A stretch of 64,000 bases of DNA. Origin: the human T2T-CHM13v2.0 reference genome, Homo sapiens. Positions 28,883 to 46,878 of the stretch are shown piece by piece. Both the position numbers and the translations under genes were made by a program. The notes beneath the pieces are model-generated. The model saw nothing but the letters and a program-made list of their open reading frames with translations. It searched no databases and was not told the DNA's origin. Location of the stretch: the NCBI RefSeq assembly GCF_009914755.1, contig NC_060944.1; one strand, 5' to 3'. Position 1 is the stretch's first letter. Each line of letters opens with the position of its first letter.

Positions 28883-29149
28883 AAAAGTTAATCCCCAATT
28901 CTTCTGGGTGTAGTTACTAATTAAAAGAGAACCCTGATTATAGTAGAGCCAGCAGTGTCAGAATCTAGATGACCCTTAAGCTTTCCACTTTATGGGCCAA
29001 TAAATTCTTTTTGCTCATCTAAATTGAATTTTCTGCCACTTGCAACTAAAAGATTCTTGAGTAATATGATCCACAAACTCGCAGATCACTTGATCTCCAA
29101 AGGCTGTACTTGCTGGGTAATCAGTTGCTTTGGGTGTGTGTGTAATGAC

Positions 29150-29338
29150 TGCAGGAGGTTCTTACACTTAAGCCTTCATCAGAATCACCTGCAGAACTTG
29201 GTAGAGCCCAGATTGCTGTGCTTCAACCCCAGTTCCTCATTCTGTAGGTCTAAGGTGCAACTTGAGAATTTCCATTTCTAACAAGTTCTGAAATGATGCT
29301 GATGCTGTTAGTCTGGGAATCCCACTTTGAAAAATGGT
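29150..29338. mobile_element. MER5A-like hAT MITE
   Basis: catcagaatcacctg...tttctaacaagttct..tgatgctgatgctg...ccactttga. Confidence 0.7.
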
Positions 29339-30249
29339 GAAATGGAAGCCCTTGCCTCCTGAAATGAGGACACCTGGAATCTTTGTGGCCCAAGATTGAG
29401 ACAAGGGGTAGGATGAAACTTTTCTTTAGTGGGAAAGAACCATTTTGGTATGTCCTGGGAGTCCTCAGGAAGTTCAGTCCTTACTCTTAGCTCCCAAAGG
29501 GGAGGTATTACAGTTCCAGAAGAGATTTTCTTAGAGATCCTTTAAAAATGTCTGCTGTGCCTCCCTACAGGGCTTTTCTATTGCACTCAGAAAAAATTCA
29601 GGTGCCTTACAAGGCATTTCATGATCTGGCTTTGCCGGGGAAAGTGGAAGGGATCAGAATCCTTCATTCCCTTGACTCTTCTCTCATGTTCTATGTCAGT
29701 AGCTACAGGGCTTATACATGCTGGAATTTCCTGGGCCACTCTGACAGCAAGGAGCATTTTTCAGGCTATGAGATGTAGCAAAATTAATCTTCAAAATAAC
29801 AAAAAACACACCAGCTCTTCTCCTCAGCTCTCTAAATGTCTAGGAAATTCTTATTCTGTGTTGGTCTAAGCTAAACTATATCTCTCAGATGCTTTGGAGC
29901 CCAAAAATAGTTCTTAGACTCCCAAGTATGTACTCAGATATTTGGATTGGGAATTGTGATCAGTAGATCATAGTGGCTACAAATAATGACCCATGGCTTT
30001 AGGAGGATTCACCAAGCAATGTGTACCAAGGGCCAAGACGGGTCTTAATGGCTCCAGGAGATCAGGAAAGTGGCTCTTCACCTTGTAGCAAGGCAACAGG
30101 AAGCTAACTCAACCATAAGAAATGCAGTGATATGTGTTTTGCCTAGAGTGGCTTATGTAATCCTTATCCCAACATCACTATTATTACCCCTCTTTTACGG
30201 AGGGGAAAGCTGAGGCTTAGTGACATAGAATAACTTGCCTATGGCTACA

Positions 30250-30758
30250 TGTGGTAGCTTGAAAAATGGCCTCTCAAAGGTACCAGGTTCTAATCTCTTA
30301 CCTTGCATGGAAACGGGGCCTCTGCAGATGTGATTAAGTCAAGGATCTTGAGATGGGAAGGCTGTCATGGATTAGCAGGGTGGGCCTTAAATGCAGTTGC
30401 ATGTATATAAGAGGAAAGTAGAGGAAGATTTGACCCCACACACACAGAAAAGAAGGTACTGTGACTACAGAGATGAGAGATTTGAAGCTGCCGACCTTGA
30501 AGATTGAAGTGCTGTGACCATAAGCCAAGGAATGATAGCAGCCACTAGAAGCTGGAAGAGCCAAGAACAGACTGTCCCCTAGGACCCCCAGAGGGAGCAT
30601 AGCCCTGGCAACGCCTTGGTTTTGCCCCAGTGATACTGATTTCAGACTTCTGGCCTTCAGAATTGTGAAAGAGTAAATTGTGGAAGAATCCATTTCTTTT
30701 GTTTTAAGCCACCTTATCTGTAGTAATTTTGTACAACAGCCTCCGGAAACTAAAACAC
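30250..30758 (+). mobile_element. MLT1C/D-type MaLR LTR
   Basis: tgtggtag...gcagatgtgattaagtcaaggatcttgagatggg...ggaaactaaaaca. Confidence 0.8.
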
Positions 30759-31763
30759 ATACGCCCAGAAATGTGCCCAAGTCTGTCTGGCCCCAGTAGC
30801 TCTGCTGTTTGCTCTGTACTGTGGAGCCATGCAGGAGGAAACAAATGCTACCCCCAATGTTCTGCACTAATAGAGATGGAGTGGGCATGGGAACCCACAT
30901 AGGACCATTATTTGGCTTGTGAACATTGTGTACTTTTTTTTTAATTATGAAGATTTATTTTGCTACATGTGGAGCCTGAAAAATGCCCCTTGGTTCAGGC
31001 TTCTGAGTAACCAAGTGTTGACCTAGTGGGCCCATAGTGGCTGGATACTGAGGAGGGGTGATGGGCAGGGACAACTTAGGATGAGGGGTGTGCTACAGAT
31101 GACCCCCAGATGGGACAATCATGTTGATGTGAAAGTGATATTGTCAGATAGGCTAACAGATTCTAAGTAGTATCAGAAGCTGCCAGGTTAGCTTGCCACT
31201 CTGTCATCGATTTAGCTGGTAGGAACACATCGAGCCCATATAGATTAAGATGACTTATTACTTACACAGACAACAATGGTATTGCTCCCCATGGCCCTTG
31301 ATCACAGGATGACACTGGAACAGAAGGGGCCAAGTGACATGCAACAGAGGTGATGGGTCCCTGATGCTGAGGAGCCAATTATATGCTGCAGCAAAGCAGC
31401 TTTACAGCCTGCAGCTGTACCCTGAGGGGAGGAGAGGAAGTGGACAGGCCCGCTTCATCAGAACCAGCAAGGCAGATGAGAAATGGCCATGACAGTCTTC
31501 CTGTAGATAGAGAGGTGGGTGAGAGATGGCCTTGTGGCAGCTCCTGGCAAGCTCACCTGACTTCTCATGATCTGGGTGACCATGGGGTATCCCTCCAAGA
31601 CTTAGGTCAGCAGTGGTTAAGCCTTGCCCTGTAGCCTAGGTAAAAATGTGCAAGGTTGTCAGGGCACCAGCATGGAGAAGTTCCCCTACAAATATGAGCC
31701 CTTCAGAGTGAAAAGGCAAGAACTTAGATTTTGCCACTTCTTTGAGTCTTCATTTTTGTATGA

Positions 31764-32082
<319 letters not shown>

Positions 32083-33759
32083 CATTTTAACCATTTTTAA
32101 GTGTAGGTTCAGTGGCATAAAGTACATTCAACATTGTTGTGCAACCATCATCACCATCCATCTCCAGAACTTTTCCCCTTCCCCAGTTGAAACTCTGTAC
32201 CTTTTAAACAATGACTCCCTGTGCCCTTCCCTTAGCTCCTGGCAACCATCATTCCACTCACTTTCTGTTGCTGAGTACGTTTTTTACTGCAAGCTCAGTA
32301 CTAACCCCTGCCTCCTTGATATTGCTCTGCTTTGTATATGAGTTGAATCCTTGAAGGTTGAATATGCACATGACACAGTTCATCTACATGCCTTGGTCTC
32401 GGCATGTTCTCTTTGACTAGAAGAGTCTTTAACAGCACAGCCATGCCTTCTGTTTCTCTGAATCCCACATTCCGAATGTCCTGCCATGCTGTTGGTATAG
32501 ACAAGATGTCTGTTCATTGTGAGTTCTTGGTACCTGATGGTGAAGTTGGGTAGGGCACAGGCTTTGCTGAATTCCCATGAGGTATCTGAGTCCAAGGCTT
32601 TAGAGCAGGTCATACCACAGGGAAGGGACTTTCCCAAGCAAATTGCTGGTTTTCCACCAAATCCATGAGGCCGAGCATGTGGTCAGTTCCCCTGAAACTT
32701 TCATCTTGATTGCATTCTAGATGACATGCCCAGCTTGCTTACATTCTCCAGCCATGTCAGGTATGGCCATGTGACTAGGTTTTGGCAATGGAACTGGAGC
32801 GGAAGTGTCCTGGGACTCAAGCTGAAGACACTGGACCAGTGTCTTCCACTACTTCCTCCTCCTTCTAGCTGGAACTTTGACACAACATCCTAAGTTGGGG
32901 ATCACAACAATGTGCTAGAGGATTGCAGGGCCACCCTCCTCCCAACCTGGGACTCTGGATGACTTCACGGAACAAGCCTGCCTACTTCCCTGGACTGTTA
33001 TGTGAGAGGAAGATAATGCTCTGTCTTGTATAAGCCATTTCATTTCGGGGCTAGCCTTTGCCCTAACTATTACAACCACAGAGAAGGCTGAGATAGAACC
33101 TGGACCTCCTGACTCCCAGGCCATCCCTACACCATAGTACAAGGGGTATTAGATTGGAGGAGAAAGAGAAGTGAGTGTGGCAAAGCTATCTTCAGTGGCA
33201 GCAGGAGAAATGCCTCTGCTCTTGCCTGAAGGTACTTTCTGTCTGGGCCTCAGCCTTAACATCTCACTCCTGGTTGTTTGCAGTGGCTTCCTACTTGGTT
33301 TTCCTATTTCCAGCCTTTCTTATGCTGGCTAACCCTCCTTACCATAATCAGAACAGTCTTTCCAATACCTATGTGGTCTCTGGAACAGACATTTCATCCA
33401 GTAGCCATTCCTTTCCATTGTTTCCCTTCTTGGAAGAGCCTATCTTCCAAGACAGATGGTGAAATATTAGTAATTTGTTCTCCAGTGTCCCTTGCAGCAA
33501 GGATTGGCCATGTAGCCAATGGGACACATTGACATTGTTGTATATGGTAATTTTTATGTTTAATTTTTTAGGTATTTCCAAAGTGGCTCTACCATTTTAC
33601 ATTCCCACTAGTGATGAATGAGGGTTCCAATTTCTCCACATCCTCCCCAACACTTGTTATTGTTTCTCTTTTATTATAGCCATCCTATTAGGTGTCTAGC
33701 CAATGAGAACTGTGGGAACGTCTGTCAGAGGACTTTGGGGAAAGATTTTCCTCCTTAAC

Positions 33760-38900
<5,141 letters not shown>

Positions 38901-40100
38901 GAAGCAAAATACATCTGCCTACTTTCTGATCCAGTAAATCTGCTTCTAGAAATATATTGAATGGAAATATTTGCATGAGACAGGGCAATGGAGGTGGGGG
39001 GAAGGGTTAGATTCCAATCAGTGTTGAAGCTGGAGCCACCAGGACTTGCCAAGGAATTGAGAGTATCCCCGTGTCTCTGACCCAGTCTCCTCACGGTTTC
39101 CCGGCTTCACTCTGCCACATCTAATCCATTTGCCATCGTGTAGCTGAGATGATCTTCTACAAATTCACCCTGACCATGCACCTCCCTGTAGAGCCTTCTA
39201 TGGTCCCCCACTGCCCTCAAAAGCCAGCATTCTTTTCCCTGGCATAGGAGATACTTTGATCTGGCCTCTCTGACTCATGCTCAGTCCTGTCCTGCAGCTC
39301 CCCTGACTCATTGCATTCCCTCTTGACACGAAGCCTGTGCAGATGCTGTTCCCTCAGCCTGGAAGACCTCAGTCTGGGTGACTCATGCTCACGCTTTAAG
39401 TCCCTGGTCAGACAGCACTTCTTCCGGGAAGCCAGCCTGACCTTCTCAGCAGGGTTCTAAGACCCATATTTCCTGCCTAATCACAGCCTTTTGCAAAAGT
39501 GGGTGGTAGTTGTCTCCTCACTGGCTAGGCACACAGTAGGGGCTCAGAGTGTGATTCCTCCAAGTAGAGGGGCTCCCTGTTGCCTCAGGACTAAGTCCAG
39601 ATTCTGCACCATGTTCAGGAGATCCTGTAGCGTCTGGCCTCTCCTGACCTCCCAGCCCTGGATCTAGCCCCCATCTCTCCACAACTTTCTTTATTCAGCC
39701 TGTTGGCTTTTAATAGTTCTTCTAACTCTCCTCATGGTCTTCTCTCAAGGCCTTTGTTGATGCTGTCTTCTCTGCCCAGACATGCCTCCTTCTTCCCATT
39801 TTCACCTGGGTACCTCCAACTCATCCTTCCCACTTCAGTTAAAACATCACCTCCTCCAGGAGGTTTCCCTGACTGCTGGGGCCAGGTGAAGGCCTCTGTT
39901 ATGACCTTTCCCATGGTACTCTGTGCCTCCTCCCTTCCAATGCACATCGTACTTTCATTTATTATTTTTTGCCTGTAATTACACCGGAATGTGAACCCCA
40001 TGAGGGCAGAGCAATTTATGTCTTGCTCACTGCTGAATAGTGCCTGGCACCTAGTAGGAGCTCAGGACATGTTTGTTGAATAAATGATTAATATCCCTCC

Positions 40101-40178
40101 TGAGAGACAAATGCAGGCATGTGGCTTGCCCAGTTGACCAGGGGCCTTTGTGAAGGGAACAGCAATTCTGGGCACCAA
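40101..40178 (-). pseudogene. Possible degraded MFSD2-family exon 10
   Basis: catgcag|LVPRIAVPF/QRPLV/LGKPHACICLS versus LSATLTIPIWQWFLTRFGKKTAVYVGIS; needs two frameshifts and the donor is lost; position is colinear with the other exons. Confidence 0.45.
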
Positions 40179-40687
40179 CTGCATGACAGGTACTCTCGAG
40201 ACCCCACTTATTCCTCACCATAGCCCCTTGTGATAAGTTTATCATCCTTATTCTACAGATGGGTAAACTGAGCTCCAAGAGGTGAAATAACATCTGTAGA
40301 ATCACTGCTGGTAAGTGGGGAGTCAGGATTTGAACCCAACTCTCTGGCCTTTGAAATTGGTTTCTTACTACAAAAAAGCACTGCCTCTTGGTGGTAAGAA
40401 ACCAACTGGTTTTTCCAGATGACCCTGGGAGCTAAGAAAACCAATGCTTCTTGCATGCCCGTTCTGCGCCAGACACTGACATGCTCATCTTGCTCAGGCT
40501 CACCACAGCGCTGTGCGGTGGGAATTAGAGGAGGAGCCTGAAGCCCTGAGAAGCAAAGCCACTTACCGAGATCACATAGCTGAGAAGAGCTGAGCCAGGA
40601 TTTACCCCAGGGTGTTCTGACTCCAAGGCTGGTGGGCTCAGGCAGGGTGGCTACACATTGGTGCCACCTCCCACTTCCTGGACATAC

Positions 40688-40770
40688 CAGAATGATGACA
40701 AGAGGCACTGGAAGCTCCCACCTAGGCCTGCAGGGTTACTACAGAAAAAGACAAAGATCCTTTGAGTCAT
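40688..40770 (-). pseudogene. MFSD2-family pseudogene exon, homolog of exon 9 (83 nt, 1-nt deletion)
   Basis: ttttctcacccag|MTQRIFVFFCSNPAGLGGSFQCL/(L)VIIL|gtatgt versus MFSD2A LVEGNFVLFCTYTLGFRNEFQNLLLAIM (28 codons). Confidence 0.8.
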
Positions 40771-41259
40771 CTGGGTGAGAAAAGGCAGGGAATGACAGGC
40801 ACAGTGTGGTGTGCTAGTGATGGCCTGTGCACAGATGGGGCTTTGCCAGTCCCTTTGCAGGGTGGAGATAACTGAACCTGGAGAGAGTATGGATTTGAAA
40901 CCCTGTCCCCAGCTTGCACAGGGCTGCAAATCACAGGGTTATACGTGTTTCCTGCCTTCCTGGTGTGAAAGTGGCTGAAGAGATTGTGAGGCCAGCCTCA
41001 GTTTTCCCATCCCAGAAGGGGAAGATGCCCTTAGAAGTTGCCCCTGCCCTTCTGGAGACCCTCTTGAGACTGCAAGATTGGCCTCAAGGAAGAGGTCATC
41101 AGGTCTTTGCCAATTGGTCCCTGGGGCCCAGAGAGGGGCAGAAACTAGCCCAAAGTCACACAGGGATGCTTGGCTGACCCAGAATTGGGGCAGGCTTTGG
41201 AATCCCCACCCAGTGCTCTTTTTGCTGCCTCAGGCTGCACTTATGCTACCCCCTTCCAC

Positions 41260-41362
41260 TTGGAAAGCCAAGGAGATGAACAAGAAGCCACTGAGTCTAG
41301 GGGTGATGGTGGAGGATGTGCTGGAGGCTGGGAAAGAGAGTAGTGAGGATGCTGCCAGGGAG
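41260..41362 (-). pseudogene. MFSD2-family pseudogene exon, homolog of exon 8 (TM7), frameshifted
   Basis: ctcctcag|...LFPSLQHILHHHP*/LSGFLFISLAFQ|gtg versus MFSD2A YFRGLRLVMSHGPYIKLITGFLFTSLAFM. Confidence 0.82.
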
Positions 41363-41385
41363 CTGAGGAGCCAGGGAGGGGAGGG

Positions 41386-42003
41386 CTGTCTTAGTTATGT
41401 CAGGTTGGGGTCTGCCACGCACCTGTCATCTCAGTCTCATGCTCTCATCTTGAAGGAACAGCACCCAGATTTTCCTTTAGGGAGTCCCCTCCCAACTGCC
41501 CCTAAGTCCACTCCCCATCCCCAGCTTCAAGGCTCAGCCCATCAGTAAACTTCATCTCCCTGGCTACAGTGATTGGTTTAGGCAGCGTCATATGACTCCA
41601 TTTGAGCAATGAGAGGCAGCTCTGGGATTGTTGCTGGAACCTCTGTGAAAGCAGAGGAAGCTGGAAAGGATGTAATACAGTAGCTGCTGATGATCATCTT
41701 GCCACCATAGGGGTAAGTCATCTGGCAAAGAGGTCAAGATAATGCTAGCAGGGTTGAGAGCCTGAGGCAAGGACAGATCCCTGAGGACACTGTCTGGACG
41801 TCTGACAATGGGTCATCCTGGCTGCCCTCTTTCCTAGCCTGCAGCACATCCTCCACCATCAGCCCTACATCCTGTTACTCAGGCACCCAACCATGCCGGA
41901 ACAGCTATGGAATTTCCAGTTTTGTGAACCAATATACTCTCCCTTTGGTTAAGGCAGTTTGAGTTGTGTTTCCATCATTTGCAATTAAAAGATTCCTGCT
42001 ACA
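41386..42003. mobile_element. MLT1J/K-like LTR carrying a foreign insertion
   Basis: ccctggctacagtgattggtttagg...tttgagttgtgtttccatcatttgcaattaaaagattcctg. Confidence 0.6.
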
Positions 42004-42609
42004 AAGCCCTCATGGATCTGCATTTTTTCTCCCAGGTCTCTTCTACCACTAGAGAGTTGTGGACTCTTGGCAAAGGAGTTAATAACACTACTCACAATTC
42101 ATGTCTTCATTCAATAAATATTATTCTTTACTTCATATGTTCCACGCTCTGGTTGTTTTGTGGGGAGCAAAAGAGAAGTTCCCATTTCTGTTTATGTTAG
42201 AAACAAAACAAGACAAAAAACAAATTAACAAGCAAATACATACTGATTATAAAATAATGTGATGTGAAGAAAAAAACTGCTAAGAAAGAATAATGAGGTA
42301 GGAGGGGGCTACTTGAGATCAGGTGGTCACGCTGAGAGTTGAGAGTGGAAAGGAGCAGCTGGGAAGGTGTCTGGGAGAAGGCTGTTCTAGGAGGCAGAAA
42401 CAACATGAACCAGAAGCTTGAGGAAAGACTGTTCACTAGAGGAACAGAAGGAAAACCAGGGAGGCTGGACAAGAACAGGGATGGGAAGCTGACTAGAGTG
42501 TAGAGAGAAAACTAGGAAGACCTCATAGGGCCTTGTGGGTTTGAGTGTAATTCAACCAAAGAAGCCACTGTTCTTGCCTCCTCTCTCATAGAAAGAGAAC
42601 TCCTGATTT

Positions 42610-44088
42610 ACTTATTTTTATTATTTTTTTAAACGGTTAACTTTTATTTTAGATACAGGGGCTACATGTACAGATTTGTTACATGGGTATGTGGCATGAT
42701 GCTGAGGTTTGGGGTATGGTTCCCATCATCTGGGTAGTAAGCATATAGTTTTTTCACCCACGCCCCTTCCTTATTTCTCTCCACCAGTAGTCCGCTGTGT
42801 CTACTGGAGTGTCTGTTGTTGCCATGTTTATGTTCATGTGTGTTGTTCCCATGTTTATGTCTGTGTGTGTTGTTCCCAATGTTTAACTCCCACTTATAAG
42901 TGAGAACATGTGGTATCTGGTTTTCTGTTCTTGCATTAATTTGCTTAGGATTATGGCCTCCAGATGCATGCATATTGCTGCAAAGGACACGATTTCATCC
43001 TATTTTATGGCTGCATAGTATTCCATGGTGTATATGTATCAAGTTTTCTTTATATAATCCACTACTGATGGCACCTAGGTTGATTCCATGTCTTTGTTAC
43101 TGTGAATAGTGTGGAAATAAAGATATGAGTGCATGTGTCCTTTTGATAGAATGATTTATTTTCCTTCAGGTATATACCCAGTAATGGGATTGCTGGGTTA
43201 AATGGTAGCTCCGTTTGTAGTTCTTTGAGAAATCTCCAAACTGCTTTCCACAGTGGCTGAACTAATTTACATTTCCACAAATGTAACAGAAAGGCCCAAA
43301 ATTAACAGTAGATAAGACTTTATTTCTCTCAGGGAGAAAAAAAAGTCAACGTATAAAGCAACTCTTTATAAGGGTTCTCTTTTCTTTGCAGCCTCGCCGG
43401 CATCTGTTGTTTCTGACTTTTAATAATAGCAATTCTGACTGGTGTGAGACGGTATCTCACTGTGGTTTTGGTTTGCATTTCTCTGATGATTGGTGATGAT
43501 GAATATTTTTTTCAAGTGTTTGTTGGCCACTTGTATTATCTTCTTTTGAGAAGTGTCTGCTCATGTTCTTTGTCCATTTTTTAATGGGGTTATTGTTTTT
43601 CTCTCATTTATTTGTTTGAGATCCTTATGGATTCTGGGTATTAGACCTTTGTTGGATGCAGAGTTTATGAGTATTTTCTCCCATTCTGTAGATTATCTGT
43701 TCATTCTGTTGAGAATTTCCTTTGCTGTGCAGGAGCTCTGTGGTTTAATTAGGTCCCATTTTTCAATTTTTGTTTTTGTTGCAATTGCTTTTGGGGACTC
43801 AGCCAAAACTTTTTTGTGAAGGCCAATGTCAAGAAGGGTACTTCCTAGGTTTTCTTCCAGGATTATTATAGTTTGAAGTCTTACATTTAAACCTTTAATC
43901 CATCTTGAGTTAATTATTGTATATGGTGAAAGGTAATGGTCCAGTTTTATTCTTCTGCATATAGCTAGCCAGTTATCCATCCCAGTACAATTTATTGAAT
44001 AGTGAGTCCTTTCCCCATTGCTTGTTTTCGCCTTGTCAAAGATCAGATGGTTTATAGGGTGTGGCTTTATCTCTGGGTTTTCTATTCT
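42610..44088 (-). mobile_element. L1MA/PB-type 3' fragment inserted in an MLT1 LTR
   Basis: ORF2 C-terminal peptide WKCKLVQPLWKAVWRFLKEL; TSD GAGAAC(T/C)CCTGATTT at 42595 and 44089. Confidence 0.9.
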
Positions 44089-44538
44089 GAGAACCCCTGA
44101 TTTATATTTAGGCACAGAGGACCTCTGATTATGGATACCATTTCCCAGACTCTCTTGCAGCTAGGTGTGCCATATGAGTAGATACTGGTCACTGGAATGT
44201 GAACAAGTGTGAAATGAGTAACATCAGGGTCCTTCCTGTAAAGAGCAGAGAAATACCCACTTTGTCCTCTTTTCTCCCTAGAATAGCTGGCATGCAGGGA
44301 TGAGCCAGAGCCATCTCAGACTGTGGCAGGAGGGCAACACCTTAGGAATGGCTGAGCAACAAGCCAGACAGAGCCTGAGCTCCCAACAGTTTCATGGAAG
44401 AGATGCTTCATAGGTTGACTTTTTTTCTCCCTGAGAGAAATAAAGTCTTATCTACTGTTAATTTTGGGCCTTTCTGTTAATGCAGCTGAAATTATATAGA
44501 GATGTTTAAAACTATGGGTTAGGATGAGACCACCCAGG

Positions 44539-45056
44539 ACAGTAGTCCTCAAACTGTGTTTTCGGGAGCTCTGAGAACTCTGAGTGTCATTGAGATGCTA
44601 TCAGGGGTCTGTGAGGTCAAAACTCTTTTCCTAATAATGCTAAGATGTGTGTACCTTTTACACTCTCATTCTCTCACCAGTGTATGGTGCAGCTTTCCAG
44701 GAGCTATGTGCATGGGATAGTGCAACACGGTGTATGCAGATGTGTATGCAGAAGTAGTATGAAAATCCAGCTGTCTTTTTTTAAAGCCAGACAATGCAGG
44801 GATTCACAAAAATGTAAAACAATGTACTCTTCTCACGAAATGCCTTTTGTTTGGAAATATGGTCAGTTTTGAAAACAGATTATATTTATGTTAACATGTA
44901 ATGCATTCACAATTTTAAAATTAATATTTTTAACTTTTCTCCATTTTACTAACATAAATATTAATAGATACAAACCCACTTAAAAAGCTCTTTCAGATCT
45001 TCAAGAATGTTTAAGCATACAAAGAAGCCCCGAGACCACAAGGGTGAGAACTACCA
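44539..45056. mobile_element. hAT-Charlie DNA transposon fragment
   Basis: cagtagtcctcaaact...ggggtctgtgaggtcaaaact...tgagaactac termini. Confidence 0.55.
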
Positions 45057-45167
45057 TCCTCCCCGCTCTCCGGATGCTCCCACAGCCTGGGCTCCCCAGT
45101 GCAGGTAGGGACTCCCCAGAGCATGAGACCACCCCTGCCTCTCTTGGCCCCATGACCCCCCTCTTAC

Positions 45168-45258
45168 CTAACTGTTCCTTCACCCCCAGAGCCAGCACCA
45201 AGCAGGAGATGCAGTACAGTGTGCCCAGGACCATGGCAGCCATCACATATGCCCTCCA
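45168..45258 (-). pseudogene. MFSD2-family pseudogene exon, homolog of exon 7 (TM6), still intact (91 nt)
   Basis: cctaac..ttcttgttccccag|WRAYVMAAMVLGTLYCISCLVLALGVKEQL-G|gtaaga versus MFSD2A QKAYLLAAGVIVCIYIICAVILILGVREQR-E; ungapped over 30 codons, phase 0 to 1. Confidence 0.9.
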
Positions 45259-46878
45259 CTGGGGAACAAGAAGTGCGTTAGGCTGATGTACTCCACTCCA
45301 CCTCCATACGTGTTTGTGCAGTGACACCAGCCTGGAGGGCCTTCTATCGCCATCTCCCTCCTCTGTAAATCCTACCCACTCTTTGAGTCTTGGCCCAAGG
45401 GCTGCTGTCTCTCTCTCTCTCAAATGATTTCTGTGTTCTCATTTGTCTCTGCCTTCTCTGGGAATCTTTGGTGCCACAGGGTAATCTCCTGTGTGTCACT
45501 CCTGACTTCCTAATTCATCTGCCATCTCCTTCCTTGAAAGCGGAAATAGTGACTTCTTCTGCTTCCCTACATTGCCTAATAACAATAACAACTACCATAA
45601 TAATACTTGCTAACAATTATTAAACAGTCACCATTATAATATTAGCTCATTTACTCCTTGCAACAGCTCTCTAAGGTGGGCTCTATGATATTAGCCTCAT
45701 TTTACAGATGAGAGGACTGAGGCTCAGAAAGGTTAAAGAACTGCCCAAGCCACACAGTTCAGAAATGGAGGCCAGCATATAAGCCAGTTCAACTCTGATT
45801 GGCGACTGCTAGAAATCAATGGAGTGATATGCACTTAGCACTGTGCCGGGGGGATAGAAAGTGCTCTACTACCCAGTAAGCATTTATTGAGCACCTACTA
45901 TGTGTCAGGCACTGCTAGGTGCTGTGGGTTCAGCTGTGAGCCAAGCAAAGTCCCTTCTCTCCTCGTGCTTGTAGGCTGTTCCTGCCTAAGCCTTCCCTCT
46001 GCTGTTCCCTCAGCTTGAAATGTTTTCCCCAGGTTCCCACATGGCTTGCTCCATCACCTCCTTTAGGTCTCTGCTCAAATATCACCTTATCAGTGAGGCT
46101 TCCTCTGACCTCACCACCTAAAATCTCAACTTGCTCTGCCCTTCCCTGCAGCACATCCTGCCCGATGCCTGCATGTGCTATGGGCCTCACTCACTCATGG
46201 GTAATATCTGTTTCCCCTGCAGGACGTCAGCTCTGTGAGGGTGGAAGATGTGTCTGTCTTTTCCCTGCTATAGCCTCTGGCACAGCATAGCACCTGGTAT
46301 ACAGTAGATGCTCAGAAACCATGTGCCAAATGGATGAATGAGCATGGTTGGTGGTGAAAATTGTTATGAGGAAGAATGAAGGTAGTCAAAGGGGATGGGG
46401 TCTGGGGGTCATCTTCCAGAGAGGGCGTAAGATTGGAGACCTGATTAGAGCGTGTGGTGGGGGGGAGTGGGGTCGGGGGGAATGTGTCATGTAAAGAACT
46501 GGGAGAAGTGTCTTCCAGGCAGAGGAAAAGCATGTGCAAAGGCCCTGTGGTGGGAGCATGCAAGGCATGTCTGAGAAACAGAAAAGAGGCTGGTGTAAGG
46601 GAGAAGGGTGGGAGGTGAGGGAGAAGGGCCGGGGGCCAGCTTGTCCAGGTCTTTCAGACCATGCTGAGGGATCTGACGTTTCCTGAGGGTGATGGGGAGC
46701 CATGGAGGAGTCTACAGACATTAGCTGTTATTACTATGTTTCAAGGGCCCACATGGGCCAGGCCCAGGTAGGCCGCCTTACACACACACACTCCCATTTG
46801 ATCTGTGTGTCCATGCTGCAGGCTTTCCTGTCCCCTTTTCACAGACAGGGAAGCAGAAGCCAGCAGGCCCCTCTTTAC

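Noticed and set aside
30334-30900. 188-aa minus-strand ORF
   Set aside because: Mostly antisense MLT1 LTR sequence.
42813-42886. Three 27-bp tandem units
   Set aside because: Ordinary slippage inside the L1 3' UTR; not CRISPR-like or evidently functional.
45001-45423. 140-aa ORF as a stand-alone gene
   Set aside because: Only the 91-nt splice-bounded core is MFSD2-like; the flanks are intron and transposon sequence.
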